Shown: positions 40,898 through 49,990 of the stretch, one piece after another | How positions within the stretch are numbered: position 1 is the stretch's first letter | Layout of the letters: each line of letters starts with the position of its first letter | Assembly: GCA_036679605.1 (NCBI GenBank) | Contig: JAZDCZ010000407.1 | Coordinates: 91,417-155,416, forward strand | DNA from: Gemmatimonadota bacterium | Lineage (GTDB): Bacteria; Gemmatimonadota; Gemmatimonadetes; Gemmatimonadales; GWC2-71-9 | Direction of reading: 5' to 3' | Length of the DNA stretch: 64,000 nucleotides | The notes under the pieces: model-generated | Told to the model about the DNA's origin: nothing | The model's database searches: none | Seen by the model: the letters and a program-made list of their open reading frames with translations, nothing else | Position numbers and translations under genes: made by a program

Positions 40898-40971
40898 CAG
40901 GATGTGGGCCAGTCTGGCAGGTCGCCTCGTCTGGAGCGAGGAAAACGCCGGTTCGAATCCGGCCATCCTGA
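40898..40971 (+). tRNA. tRNA-Pro(TGG)
   Basis: C1:G72; CCTCG-TCTGGAG-CGAGG. Confidence 0.85.
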
Positions 40972-41057
40972 TTACAGGGTATGCGGTTCGGGAACTCGCA
41001 TTTGCACTTTTATCGGTTTAGGCATTTTGTGGTGTCTTGCGGCTATTGTCTGCGGTC

Positions 41058-41258
41058 ATGGAACCTGACCCAAAATGCCCACAGTGCCGCGGCACAGGCA
41101 GGATTGAGCTTTTCACCTCGGTCATCGCCTGCGAATGTCGGTTCTTCCTGATCGGCACCAAAGACGCCCTGATGAGGCCACCGCGAGCGAGCGTGCCTCT
41201 AGTCTCGCCGGATGACGACTGGTGGCAGGCGTTCAACGACCACGGCAACGGCGACTGA
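41058..41258 (+). CDS. Small zinc-finger-like protein
   Basis: CPQCRGTG...CEC. Confidence 0.45.
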   Translation: MEPDPKCPQCRGTGRIELFTSVIACECRFFLIGTKDALMRPPRASVPLVSPDDDWWQAFNDHGNGD

Positions 41259-41785
41259 TTATTCCGCGGAATGATCTGTGATACACTGGCAGATCGCGCG
41301 GGTGGCGCTCGACTTATTAAGGCTGTTGGTGAGCGCGCACCAGCCGAGAGATTCACGAAGATGTGCGGCGCGCGGATACCGGACGGGTTGGCCTCCATGT
41401 TCCATGCCAGGCAGCAATGTCTGGAGCTGACTGAGGAGGGAGTCGCAGGGCTGCACTTCTCCAAGTCAGTTGCGGCGTCCGGAGCCTCTGGGTGGGGCTA
41501 TGACATTCTCCACGCTTGGAGGCCATCTCGTCCAAGGCATCCATCAGATTCCGTTCGTCCGATCCGGCGCAGGTGAGGTGGATAACCGCAGCGATGCACG
41601 CGGCTGACAACCCTAGATGGCCCAAGGCCCGGCATATCCCAGAAGAACCCTATCCTGTCTTGGGCGGGGAGCATATCGGACACTCGCATGGGTCCGCATA
41701 ACTCGTAAAAATACTAGAGGGCTTGCGGAGCCGTCCAATGTATCGTACCATTAGTGCGTGTTCGCCATAGAGGAGAGGATGATTT

Positions 41786-42148
41786 ATGACAACAACCATG
41801 CTTAGACGAGTATTGGGCACCCGCTTCACTTTTGGCACCATCTTGGCCATAGCAGTTGTATGCTTCTGGACAATGTCGGCTTTCCATGCGCTCGCCGCAG
41901 TCGTCTTATATCTTGCTTTGAACATAATCCTGAACTTGGCGTTCTGCTATTTCTTGGTGTCGCCTGAGTTGGCTCAGCCGATGTTAGACGGTCCTGGATG
42001 GGTTCTTCTAGTGATCCCAGTCTGGTTCTGGTCTTTTTTGAACACGCTTCCAGGGATGATGAGATATGGTTATTGGGCTTGTGTCGCAAATCTTCCGCTA
42101 GACATAAGACGAATAGTGGTGTTTTTGACGCCGGAATGGCTTTTATAG
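41786..42148 (+). CDS. Membrane protein
   Basis: GAGG RBS, about 3 TM helices. Confidence 0.55.
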   Translation: MTTTMLRRVLGTRFTFGTILAIAVVCFWTMSAFHALAAVVLYLALNIILNLAFCYFLVSPELAQPMLDGPGWVLLVIPVWFWSFLNTLPGMMRYGYWACVANLPLDIRRIVVFLTPEWLL

Positions 42149-42494
42149 GATTAGGTTTTCGGGAACCGTTTTCTTAATTCCCTCGGGAGGGCTTTGCCAG
42201 CTTCGGCCACATCTTGCACTGCCTTGTCCTGTATGTTTTCCATCGCCCGTACAGGGCGTTCACGATTGTGTTGTAGTCCATCTTGTCCCCTTACCCAGCC
42301 AGACGCATTCCGAGCCACACTAATCCGCCCACGGCAACTCCGGCCAGCCGTTGCTGGGCGGGCATGGTTGTCTGTATGGCTCGCATGAGCGCGTCAAGGT
42401 GGTCTCCACTCGATGTGCTTCCAGTATGCCATGACGAAGATCATAGCCCAGCCCAATGGCCCCAAATCATTGAAAAACATGCCCATTTCCCCTC

Positions 42495-42782
42495 CTATGT
42501 CAGCCCAGCGTAGACCTTCTCGTACAGCCTCTCCTCCACGGCGGCCCACTCGGCCTCCGTGAACCTGTCCCCGAGGTTGAGTTCCATATCCTTGACGATG
42601 TAGTCAGCCGCCGCATCGGTGTCCTCCCCGACAGTGTTGTAGTCAGGGAACAACTCGCGGCTCTGTCTCATGGCGTCCCGCCCTGCGGCACTGGCGAAAT
42701 ACTCGTCGTAGAGGGACTGAGCCTCCGACTCTGCATCTATTTCCCTCGCCGCTGACATCGCAATGGACTCGTAGTCAATCAT
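42495..42782 (-). CDS. Small acidic hypothetical protein
   Basis: ORF directly downstream of 42793..44574. Confidence 0.5.
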   Translation of the reverse strand: MIDYESIAMSAAREIDAESEAQSLYDEYFASAAGRDAMRQSRELFPDYNTVGEDTDAAADYIVKDMELNLGDRFTEAEWAAVEERLYEKVYAGLT

Positions 42783-42792
42783 TGTGCTGCGC

Positions 42793-44574
42793 CTAATCGT
42801 CCGGCTCCTCTCGCCATCTGTCGGATTGCCTGTCGCTGTCGAGGGGTTCAACGGAGTTGTCGTCTCGGTATTTGCCTTGGAAATGCGTTTTCCATATTAC
42901 GCCCGCGCGCAGGACGAATGGCGCGCGGTTCGGGCTGGATATGCCCGGGAACCGCAGGTCGTCGTCGTCTAAAAACGCTTTCGCATAGTCCAGCACATCG
43001 TCGATCTCTATATGGAAGTTAGGTCGTTTGCCAGGCCTCGCCTCTGCTGGGTGGACGGAACCTCGTAGCGACTCTGGTCCCGCAGTGCGCACCACGGACA
43101 GCCCGGCCGGTCCGTCCACACTTAGGGTGCCTAATACGGTAACAGTGCCGCTGACATTGACGCGTGGCGTCAGCACATACGACAGCGATCTTGGCATGTT
43201 GTCCAAGAAGAACCACCTGATCGACACGCCGTTGTCCACACCGCCTGCCGGCACGCTGCCCGGTACGACGATCCAACCTGCTGGGTATGTTTCCTCCACG
43301 ATATAGGTGCTGACGGTCGCTGGATCCAGCGTACACTCCACCGTGACGGTAAGGTCTATGCCTGGTGAGTAGAATGGCCACGGTGCGACATCTCTGATAC
43401 AAAAACTAGCGGTACCAGGCGGCACAGTCACTGGGGGGAGAGTGGTCACCACTGGCGGCGGCGTGGTCTCGTTCAATTCCCGTCTCTCCAATTCCCCCAC
43501 CCGAGCAGCGCCGTTTCCGTCCTCGATGACGACTCTCAGGTCGTCCGATATCATCGGGAACGCTGTCATCCGCGTGCCACCCCCTCGCCCGTCCCTGAGT
43601 ACCACTAGGACATTGCCGCTGCCCACATTGTCGATGCAGGCGGATGCGAACCCGCCTGGTCCTACTAGAACTGTGGTCGGCGTGTCGTCGCCCATGCGCG
43701 CTGCTCGCTGCACCTCTGAGTCCGTCGTCACGAATGGCACGGCTGTTGGTGCGCCCACGGAGACCGTACCTGGCACCGCTGGTCCAGAGATTTCGCCGAC
43801 GAAGGCGTCACTGGAGTTTGGTCCCCTGGCTACGGTGAGTATGAACATTTGCGCCCCGACCGCTGTCACGCTCACTGGCATTGCGACTGCAACGAACACA
43901 GGTACCACTGGTGGGACAGGGACATCGAGGGGCGTCCCTAAGATCAGTATCGTACCGGACATAGACGCCGCTCGGACGGTCGCAGCACCAGATGAATCCG
44001 ATGTTGCCAGTACAAGTTCAGACGGACCCAATCGCGTGCCGCTCGCCATGTCGCTGGTGCCAAGCGACACTTCCGCGCCGCCAGTCAATGTCAAATCCGC
44101 CCCAACAGCCATAGGACGAGCGAAGGAGCCGCCTCGCAGCACCACGAAGAGATCAGGCGACATGGGAAGCAGGTCGAATTGGGCAGGTGATCCGACCGGT
44201 GCCACTTGCGATTCGGTTCCCAGATTGACAGTTGTGCCGGAGATATCCAAGGCTCTTGCGAACAATCCGCCCGCCTTGGAGTACATGACGAACGCCCGCC
44301 CCCCTATCGAAGCGATGCGGATATTGTCCGCTGGGCCAAGCGACGCCGACGCACCGAAGGTTGCATCGTCGTCGCCCGTTATAACTCCGACTCTCACTTG
44401 CCCAGAGCCATCTCTGACGCTGGCGATAGCTAGCCGTGTCGAGTCGAGCGGCGCTGCGCCTCCGTTCGGTATGGGAATGGCTGGGGATTCTGGTTTGAAG
44501 CCTGCAGCCAACGGGATACAAAGTGCTGGTGCTGTAGTTGTGGTTTGCATGCGGATAGAGCTGGGTATGAACAC
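42793..44574 (-). CDS. Beta-repeat surface/virion protein with C-terminal EF-hand/dockerin-like module
   Basis: Repeated ISGTTVNLGTE-type blades, Pro/Thr linker, HPAE...IEIDDVLDYAKAF...IW module. Confidence 0.6.
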   Translation of the reverse strand: MFIPSSIRMQTTTTAPALCIPLAAGFKPESPAIPIPNGGAAPLDSTRLAIASVRDGSGQVRVGVITGDDDATFGASASLGPADNIRIASIGGRAFVMYSKAGGLFARALDISGTTVNLGTESQVAPVGSPAQFDLLPMSPDLFVVLRGGSFARPMAVGADLTLTGGAEVSLGTSDMASGTRLGPSELVLATSDSSGAATVRAASMSGTILILGTPLDVPVPPVVPVFVAVAMPVSVTAVGAQMFILTVARGPNSSDAFVGEISGPAVPGTVSVGAPTAVPFVTTDSEVQRAARMGDDTPTTVLVGPGGFASACIDNVGSGNVLVVLRDGRGGGTRMTAFPMISDDLRVVIEDGNGAARVGELERRELNETTPPPVVTTLPPVTVPPGTASFCIRDVAPWPFYSPGIDLTVTVECTLDPATVSTYIVEETYPAGWIVVPGSVPAGGVDNGVSIRWFFLDNMPRSLSYVLTPRVNVSGTVTVLGTLSVDGPAGLSVVRTAGPESLRGSVHPAEARPGKRPNFHIEIDDVLDYAKAFLDDDDLRFPGISSPNRAPFVLRAGVIWKTHFQGKYRDDNSVEPLDSDRQSDRWREEPDD

Positions 44575-44683
44575 AAAATAAACCCGCTATTAGCTGGCCC
44601 AAGATACAAAGATTTGAAGGATTTACACCCATGTTGTCAGCAAGCCCAGCGTAAGGTATCCCGAAACAAACCATGGGGTATAT

Positions 44684-45913
44684 TCAGGTTTTATCTTGGG
44701 TCACCTTCACCTTGTTAAGCGGTCGTCGCAGCGACTCGAAACTCACGCCAGCGCGTAGCGCAGCCACGGCACCAGCCGCCTCGACATAGTTATCGACCAC
44801 GAATGCGTCCACATGGTCCGTGCAGTCAATGCGCCCGATCTCTAAGTCATCGTTGACCGCGATGATCGGTATCCCACGCTCGTGCGCTGCCAACACAGGA
44901 AGCCCTAGGCACATCCGTGGCGTCACAAGGCAGGATGCGTCCTCTCCCGCCTTGGTAAATCGCGGTGCCCGATGCAGGCCTTTTAGTACGCACTGGAGGT
45001 ATGTGAGTGAGATGATTTCGGCTGCTTCACATGGATCGATTACGCCGTAGTCGATCTCCTCGACCTCCACTGACTCCATCATCGGCGAATGCGCGCACGG
45101 TACATGGAGGCAATGCGAGATCGCGTGCGTGAGCATCGCCTCGACGCCTCCCCACGGATTGACACCACCTTCGTTGTAGTAGTGATCGCGCACCTCTGTA
45201 GGTATGCGGATGAGGGATGTCAGCGCTATCGCGTCATACCTATCTCTGCGGTCGTGCAGTATCTCAAACAGTCGGTCAAGATCGGCAATGGTACCCGAAG
45301 ATCGCCCGCCGTTCGACCAGCCAGTTTCCATCGTGAACGGAGGGTCAAGTACGATGACCTCTGGGCAATCGAGACCGTATGTCGCTCTGGCGGCGTTCAC
45401 CGCGTTGATGGCTGCGTCGATGTATCGTTGATCTGCGGAGCCGTCCACGATAACAAGCACGCGGTTCTGCCTTGTCCGACGCAACCCTACGCGCCCCAGC
45501 AGATATTTGGTCAACATATAGCCCTCGACATAGAGAGTGTTGTCGGTCATCTCGTTGATGTCGGAGGCGTTCACGACATTAGGATGTGTGACAAGAGTGT
45601 CGCAGACGGACGCCATGAGCCTAGACACTGGGCCCGCGTCGCCAGCGTGGCCACCAATAGACGCGCCGAGTCCTGTTGGGATGACGAGTGCCACATCGAA
45701 ACTATCACCAGATTCTGCCCGCGGCGCTGGCTTGAACGGGAACGGGTCGCTGTGCGACGCGCCGTCCATCATGATTGCGCTGCAAATGTATCCATCGTCG
45801 TTGGCTTCCTCGATCGCGAATCTGATCGGAACGAACCCTAATGTGTCCAGATTCAATCTAGCTAGGTCGATCCTCTCCAATGTGATAGAACGTTCGCTAA
45901 TCCGCATTTTCAT
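44684..45913 (-). CDS. DUF3326-like protein
   Basis: IPTGLGASIGGHAGDA, THPNVVNASD, NPWGGVEAMLTH, PCAHSP, NYVEAAG. Confidence 0.75.
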   Translation of the reverse strand: MKMRISERSITLERIDLARLNLDTLGFVPIRFAIEEANDDGYICSAIMMDGASHSDPFPFKPAPRAESGDSFDVALVIPTGLGASIGGHAGDAGPVSRLMASVCDTLVTHPNVVNASDINEMTDNTLYVEGYMLTKYLLGRVGLRRTRQNRVLVIVDGSADQRYIDAAINAVNAARATYGLDCPEVIVLDPPFTMETGWSNGGRSSGTIADLDRLFEILHDRRDRYDAIALTSLIRIPTEVRDHYYNEGGVNPWGGVEAMLTHAISHCLHVPCAHSPMMESVEVEEIDYGVIDPCEAAEIISLTYLQCVLKGLHRAPRFTKAGEDASCLVTPRMCLGLPVLAAHERGIPIIAVNDDLEIGRIDCTDHVDAFVVDNYVEAAGAVAALRAGVSFESLRRPLNKVKVTQDKT

Positions 45914-46286
45914 TTCCTAATCACAGATGTGGACCAATGCTGTTCGGCGCGGAACCACCGGATTGTGAATCGCTTGGCTGCATCCTCGTAGAAGTCTTTG
46001 CATGAGAATATGTTCACATACACCGCCTTCAGTTTTGTCAGTGTGTGTACGACGATCGTGCTTGTCAAGATGAATTGTACGGCGCTGATACCAGAGGTCT
46101 TAGGGTCAGTCTGGCAACATTCTGGTGGAAGACCCTCGTCGTCCCAGAAATGACGGTTTTCGCTTGCATCCCGATGAGTTCGCACAGCTCATCGAAGTAT
46201 TCGCCGATCGACTGTCTAGTGAAGGTGTTGGTGTCGCACTTATGTAAGTCGAGGATCAGCTCATGGCCGTAGTTTTCGGTGTTCAT
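45910..46286 (-). pseudogene. Frameshifted S-adenosylmethionine decarboxylase-like gene
   Basis: YGHELILDLHKC in one frame; GISAVQFILTSTIVVHT...VNIFSCKDF in the -1 frame after about 46160. Confidence 0.7.
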
Positions 46287-46339
46287 GCAGTTAGATAACA
46301 TACCTCATTATACTCGTTGTGTCAAGGAAAATCAATACC

Positions 46340-46376
46340 GTCAATTACCACCGGCAGGCTGGTGGCTTGCAGCTAG
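46340..46376 (-). repeat. Isolated IS200/IS605-type right-end hairpin
   Basis: GTCAATTACCACCGGC-AG-GCTGGTGGCTTGCAGCTAG, nearly identical to 63100-63139. Confidence 0.7.
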
Positions 46377-46474
46377 ACCATATTGGCCTGCTAACTTGAG
46401 AAAGGAGGATGCGGGTTCGCTTTCAGTGATGTTTAGCCTATAACCAAGCGCACTCAGTTCTACCCAGTGGGAGA

Positions 46475-47707
46475 TTATGGGCGCTTGGAGATTTGAAATG
46501 CCATCGCCCTGCCGAGTGCCTCTGCCAAGGGGGGTGGGACGGCATTCCCTATTTGTCTGCTCACAGAAGTCATTTTACCGATGAACCTCCATTCGGCAGG
46601 GAACCCTTGGAGTCTAGCGAGTTCCACTGTGTTCAGACCCCGGTTCAGCGTGGGATGGATGTACCGGCCTTTCATTGGGTGATACCCACATGTGCGTATT
46701 GTTACCGCCGCCTTGCCAAATTCCAGTCTGCCGAAAGTGTCATTGCCTTGGTGTCTCAACTTGCCGTCCTTGTCTGGCATCCAGCAGGGCGGCCTCAGAT
46801 TATTTGGGAGGCTCTTGAAATTGTCGCGGGTATAAGGGCGTATGCATTTCATGCGCTTCAACATGAGGGGACTGACGCCCATTTTATAGCATTCGCCCCG
46901 AGCCTCCATCTTTTCCACCTCGTCGTAGTCGATGCCGTCGAAGCAGTCTTGGACCGTGATCCATGTTTTTGGGACAGGGATGGCGAAACCGCGATCGGCG
47001 TAGTAGCCTGTGATCTTTTCCGGATTTTCCGAATGGCTCGGCCACGGGAACGCTGGGATGTTTGAATCCCTGTTACGATCCCGCAGGCCGAGTATTATCA
47101 GTCTCTTCCTACGCTGCGGGACGCCGTAATCGGCAGCGATTAGAACCCTCGCCGAAATCCGGTAGTCGAGGCGATGTGCCATGGCATCTATCATGTCTAA
47201 TACTTCGCTGTGTTTCGTGATTCCGGCCACATTCTCGAAGATGAAACCCGCCGGACGGATGTCGCTCACGACGCGGATGAAGTGTGCGAAGAGGTTGCCC
47301 TTGTCGCTGGAAATTCCTTCTTTCTTCCCCATTGTCGAGAATGGCTGGCAGGGGCACCCAGCCGTCACGAGTCCTGCCTGCCCTGGATTCAGCCTTGCTG
47401 CCTTGAGTATGTCGGCGGATGAGATATCCGTTATGTCGCCCGGATCAATACGCTTCCACTGGGGACGGTTTGTCTCCAGAGTCCTGTTACAGTCTTTGTC
47501 GATCTCCACACAGACTGCGGTGTGAAACCCAGCCGCCTCTAGCCCGATTTCCATCCCGCCGCAGCCAGTGAAAAGACTAACAACGGATTTGGCCGCTTGG
47601 GGCGGCTTGCGATCCGCCGCCACGAACCACGCCTTTCGGCGATCGCCGTCTATTGGCAGGCCTGACACGACCTTATTCGGCTTTATTATGGGTCTGAGTC
47701 TGAGCAT
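46475..47707 (-). CDS. DNA (cytosine-5) methyltransferase
   Basis: SLFTGCGG, PCQPFS, FENVAG, YGVPQRRKR, ARLQGFP, IGNAVPP. Confidence 0.95.
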   Translation of the reverse strand: MLRLRPIIKPNKVVSGLPIDGDRRKAWFVAADRKPPQAAKSVVSLFTGCGGMEIGLEAAGFHTAVCVEIDKDCNRTLETNRPQWKRIDPGDITDISSADILKAARLNPGQAGLVTAGCPCQPFSTMGKKEGISSDKGNLFAHFIRVVSDIRPAGFIFENVAGITKHSEVLDMIDAMAHRLDYRISARVLIAADYGVPQRRKRLIILGLRDRNRDSNIPAFPWPSHSENPEKITGYYADRGFAIPVPKTWITVQDCFDGIDYDEVEKMEARGECYKMGVSPLMLKRMKCIRPYTRDNFKSLPNNLRPPCWMPDKDGKLRHQGNDTFGRLEFGKAAVTIRTCGYHPMKGRYIHPTLNRGLNTVELARLQGFPAEWRFIGKMTSVSRQIGNAVPPPLAEALGRAMAFQISKRP

Positions 47708-47745
47708 GGCTCATTCTATCAAGTTCTCACCTGCTGAGGCTCGGC

Positions 47746-49008
47746 ATGGCGATGCTGCAGGACACGAAAGTAGTTTTCTATCACCCGCTGGACACGCGGG
47801 ACGAGAGTGTCTCTGGTGCCACTTGGGACGGTACGGCCAAATTTTTGCCGGGTAGGGTAGCTCTTGCCCTCACGGGAGCGGAGGCATTGGCCTTTGGTGC
47901 CGAGACACAACTCGATGTGGTTCGAGTGTTGTCAGATCCCCCAGTCATGGCCGCGCTCGGTGGCGGGCGGGTGGCGGTGGTATACCTCGCCGAACCCAAT
48001 GCAGCGTGGCTTCGGATCGGGCAAACGTCCGCAGGTATTGTGATCTGGGGTGTCGGAGTGCAACTTGCGTCCGGATTCGCCGATCGCGTGGCCTTGGCCG
48101 CGACCAGTTCCGGCGTCGTGATCGTGTCCCACCACAGGACGATTGACAGCAGTTCCTCCGTGTCAGTGTTTGATTTGGTGGGAACGGACGCGACATTGCG
48201 GGAGTCCTCGTCCATACCTGGCACAGTCGATTCCTTGGCGACTTTGTCACCCAACGCTTTCGCGGTATCGTTTATCGATGGCGTGGGCGGTTTTGGTGCT
48301 GTTGGCACCCTGTCTGGTGGACTCGCCTTTGGTCCCTCTGTGGGTTATGTGACTGGCGCTGTGGCTGGCAGTTTTGTGTTGTCAATGAGCAGCGGTGCCG
48401 TACTTCAGTTCTATGAGGACTCCGTGAATTCGATTAAGGTGCGTCCAGGTGCGATCTCCGGCGCGCCGTTGCGTCCGACATGGGGTCCGGCGGTGACAGT
48501 GGCGATCGGGCAAGGTTCGCCCAGATTCTCCGGTGCCGCGCTCACCACATCGTCCTTTGCGGTCGCATATGTTGATTCCGCCGGAGCTAGGGTTGCTTCC
48601 GGCATGTTTGGCGGCGGCGTCGTGACTGTTGGCCCCCCAGTTCTGGGGACATTTCCTGGTCCGGTGAGTGTTGCGGCGATCGCTCCCGCATTAGTGGCAA
48701 TGATGTATAGGGTGCCGACAACCCCAGACGACAGAGGTGTGTCAGTCGTGGCGATCGTGTCCGGCCTGTCGATTGTTCTTGGCGCGGAGACACAGTTTAG
48801 TGTGCCGAGCGGATCGATGAAGTTCCCAGGGTTGGCGGCTGACGCCAACCAAGTGTTCACTGCGTACGGAGAGGGAATCGTGGGCAAAAGCAGAGTAGGC
48901 GGGTTGTCGTCGGCATCCGGCATGTTCGCGCCGTCGGGCGTCTTGAATCCGTCGGCAGTTGGAGCGGGGAGAGTTGTTTTCCTGTCTTGGATTAGGAATC
49001 CGTCATGA
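47746..49008 (+). CDS. Beta-repeat protein, putative virion or surface protein
   Basis: Repeated AL(T/S)xxxFAVxY / (W/F)GPxV blades similar to 42793..44574. Confidence 0.6.
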   Translation: MAMLQDTKVVFYHPLDTRDESVSGATWDGTAKFLPGRVALALTGAEALAFGAETQLDVVRVLSDPPVMAALGGGRVAVVYLAEPNAAWLRIGQTSAGIVIWGVGVQLASGFADRVALAATSSGVVIVSHHRTIDSSSSVSVFDLVGTDATLRESSSIPGTVDSLATLSPNAFAVSFIDGVGGFGAVGTLSGGLAFGPSVGYVTGAVAGSFVLSMSSGAVLQFYEDSVNSIKVRPGAISGAPLRPTWGPAVTVAIGQGSPRFSGAALTTSSFAVAYVDSAGARVASGMFGGGVVTVGPPVLGTFPGPVSVAAIAPALVAMMYRVPTTPDDRGVSVVAIVSGLSIVLGAETQFSVPSGSMKFPGLAADANQVFTAYGEGIVGKSRVGGLSSASGMFAPSGVLNPSAVGAGRVVFLSWIRNPS

Positions 49009-49932
49009 CTCTTTAGGCGAGGAAGCCCGAATTGCCCATTCCGCCGCTGGTGGAGGTACTGCGTTCCCAAGCAGCTTGTATTTAACATGTCTCGGTACGG
49101 CATCGCACCATCCGTCTGGGAATCCTTGAAGCCTAGCGTATTCGTCTGGGGTAAGCCGCCTATATCGCCCATTCACTGAGTAACGCTCGTAGTGTCGTGA
49201 GGATGAGGCTGTGAGCGTGGGAGCCAAACCGTCCGTTCCGAAGATCGTGTAGCCCATCCTCCTTCCGCCGTCTTGGTTCCATAACACACGCACGCCATTC
49301 ACTAGCCTGTCTACCCGTTTGCTTTGCTCCAGCCTGCGTAGCGTGGCGTCGTGCATGTCGTAAGAAGGATTCGGATTCGGCTCAAGTATGTCCGCGACGA
49401 TGACTTTCGGCCCGATCGCTGGCTTGATTGAGAAGGGCGTCCCGCCGCTCCTGCCGACAATGAAGAGACGCGGCCTACTTTGAGCGAGCCCGAAGTCTGC
49501 TGCGTTCAGGATGGTCCTAGACACCTTATATCCGCAGCTCTTCAGGGTTCGCATTATGAGACCCATATCTCTACCACTGTTGATGCACTCCATGTTCGGT
49601 ACATTCTCTAGGACAAACCCAGCGGGTTGGTGCCGGCGAAGCGTCTCCACGACCGCGTTGAACAAGGTACCACGGATGTCGGCGAGCCCTAGTTTCTTTC
49701 CGGCCGCAGAGAAACTCTGGCACGGCAGCCCAGCCATGAGTAAATCATGTGGCGGGATGTCATCCAAGAGGCTCCAAATGTCGCCCTCTGCCAACTCGTG
49801 CCTAAAGTGTCCGGAGTAGACTCGGCACGCGTGCGGCGACGAGTCGTTCGCCCAAACTACATCGAGACCCATCCGCGCCGCCGCAATTGCGAAGCCGCCG
49901 ATGCCGCAGAACATGTCGATAGCGGTTACCAT
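49003..49932 (-). CDS. DNA (cytosine-5) methyltransferase
   Basis: DMFCGIGGF, PCQSFS, LENVP, FGLAQSRPR, ARLQGFP, LGNAVPP. Confidence 0.95.
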   Translation of the reverse strand: MVTAIDMFCGIGGFAIAAARMGLDVVWANDSSPHACRVYSGHFRHELAEGDIWSLLDDIPPHDLLMAGLPCQSFSAAGKKLGLADIRGTLFNAVVETLRRHQPAGFVLENVPNMECINSGRDMGLIMRTLKSCGYKVSRTILNAADFGLAQSRPRLFIVGRSGGTPFSIKPAIGPKVIVADILEPNPNPSYDMHDATLRRLEQSKRVDRLVNGVRVLWNQDGGRRMGYTIFGTDGLAPTLTASSSRHYERYSVNGRYRRLTPDEYARLQGFPDGWCDAVPRHVKYKLLGNAVPPPAAEWAIRASSPKES

Positions 49933-49990
49933 GGACAATTCTAACGTTAGAATATGCTGGAAGGTACTTAAACTGGAGGGAGACTGACAT

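Noticed and set aside
43442..44581. 379-aa plus-strand ORF (also 2612-3646 minus and 52195-53067 minus)
   Set aside because: Antisense shadows of better-supported genes.
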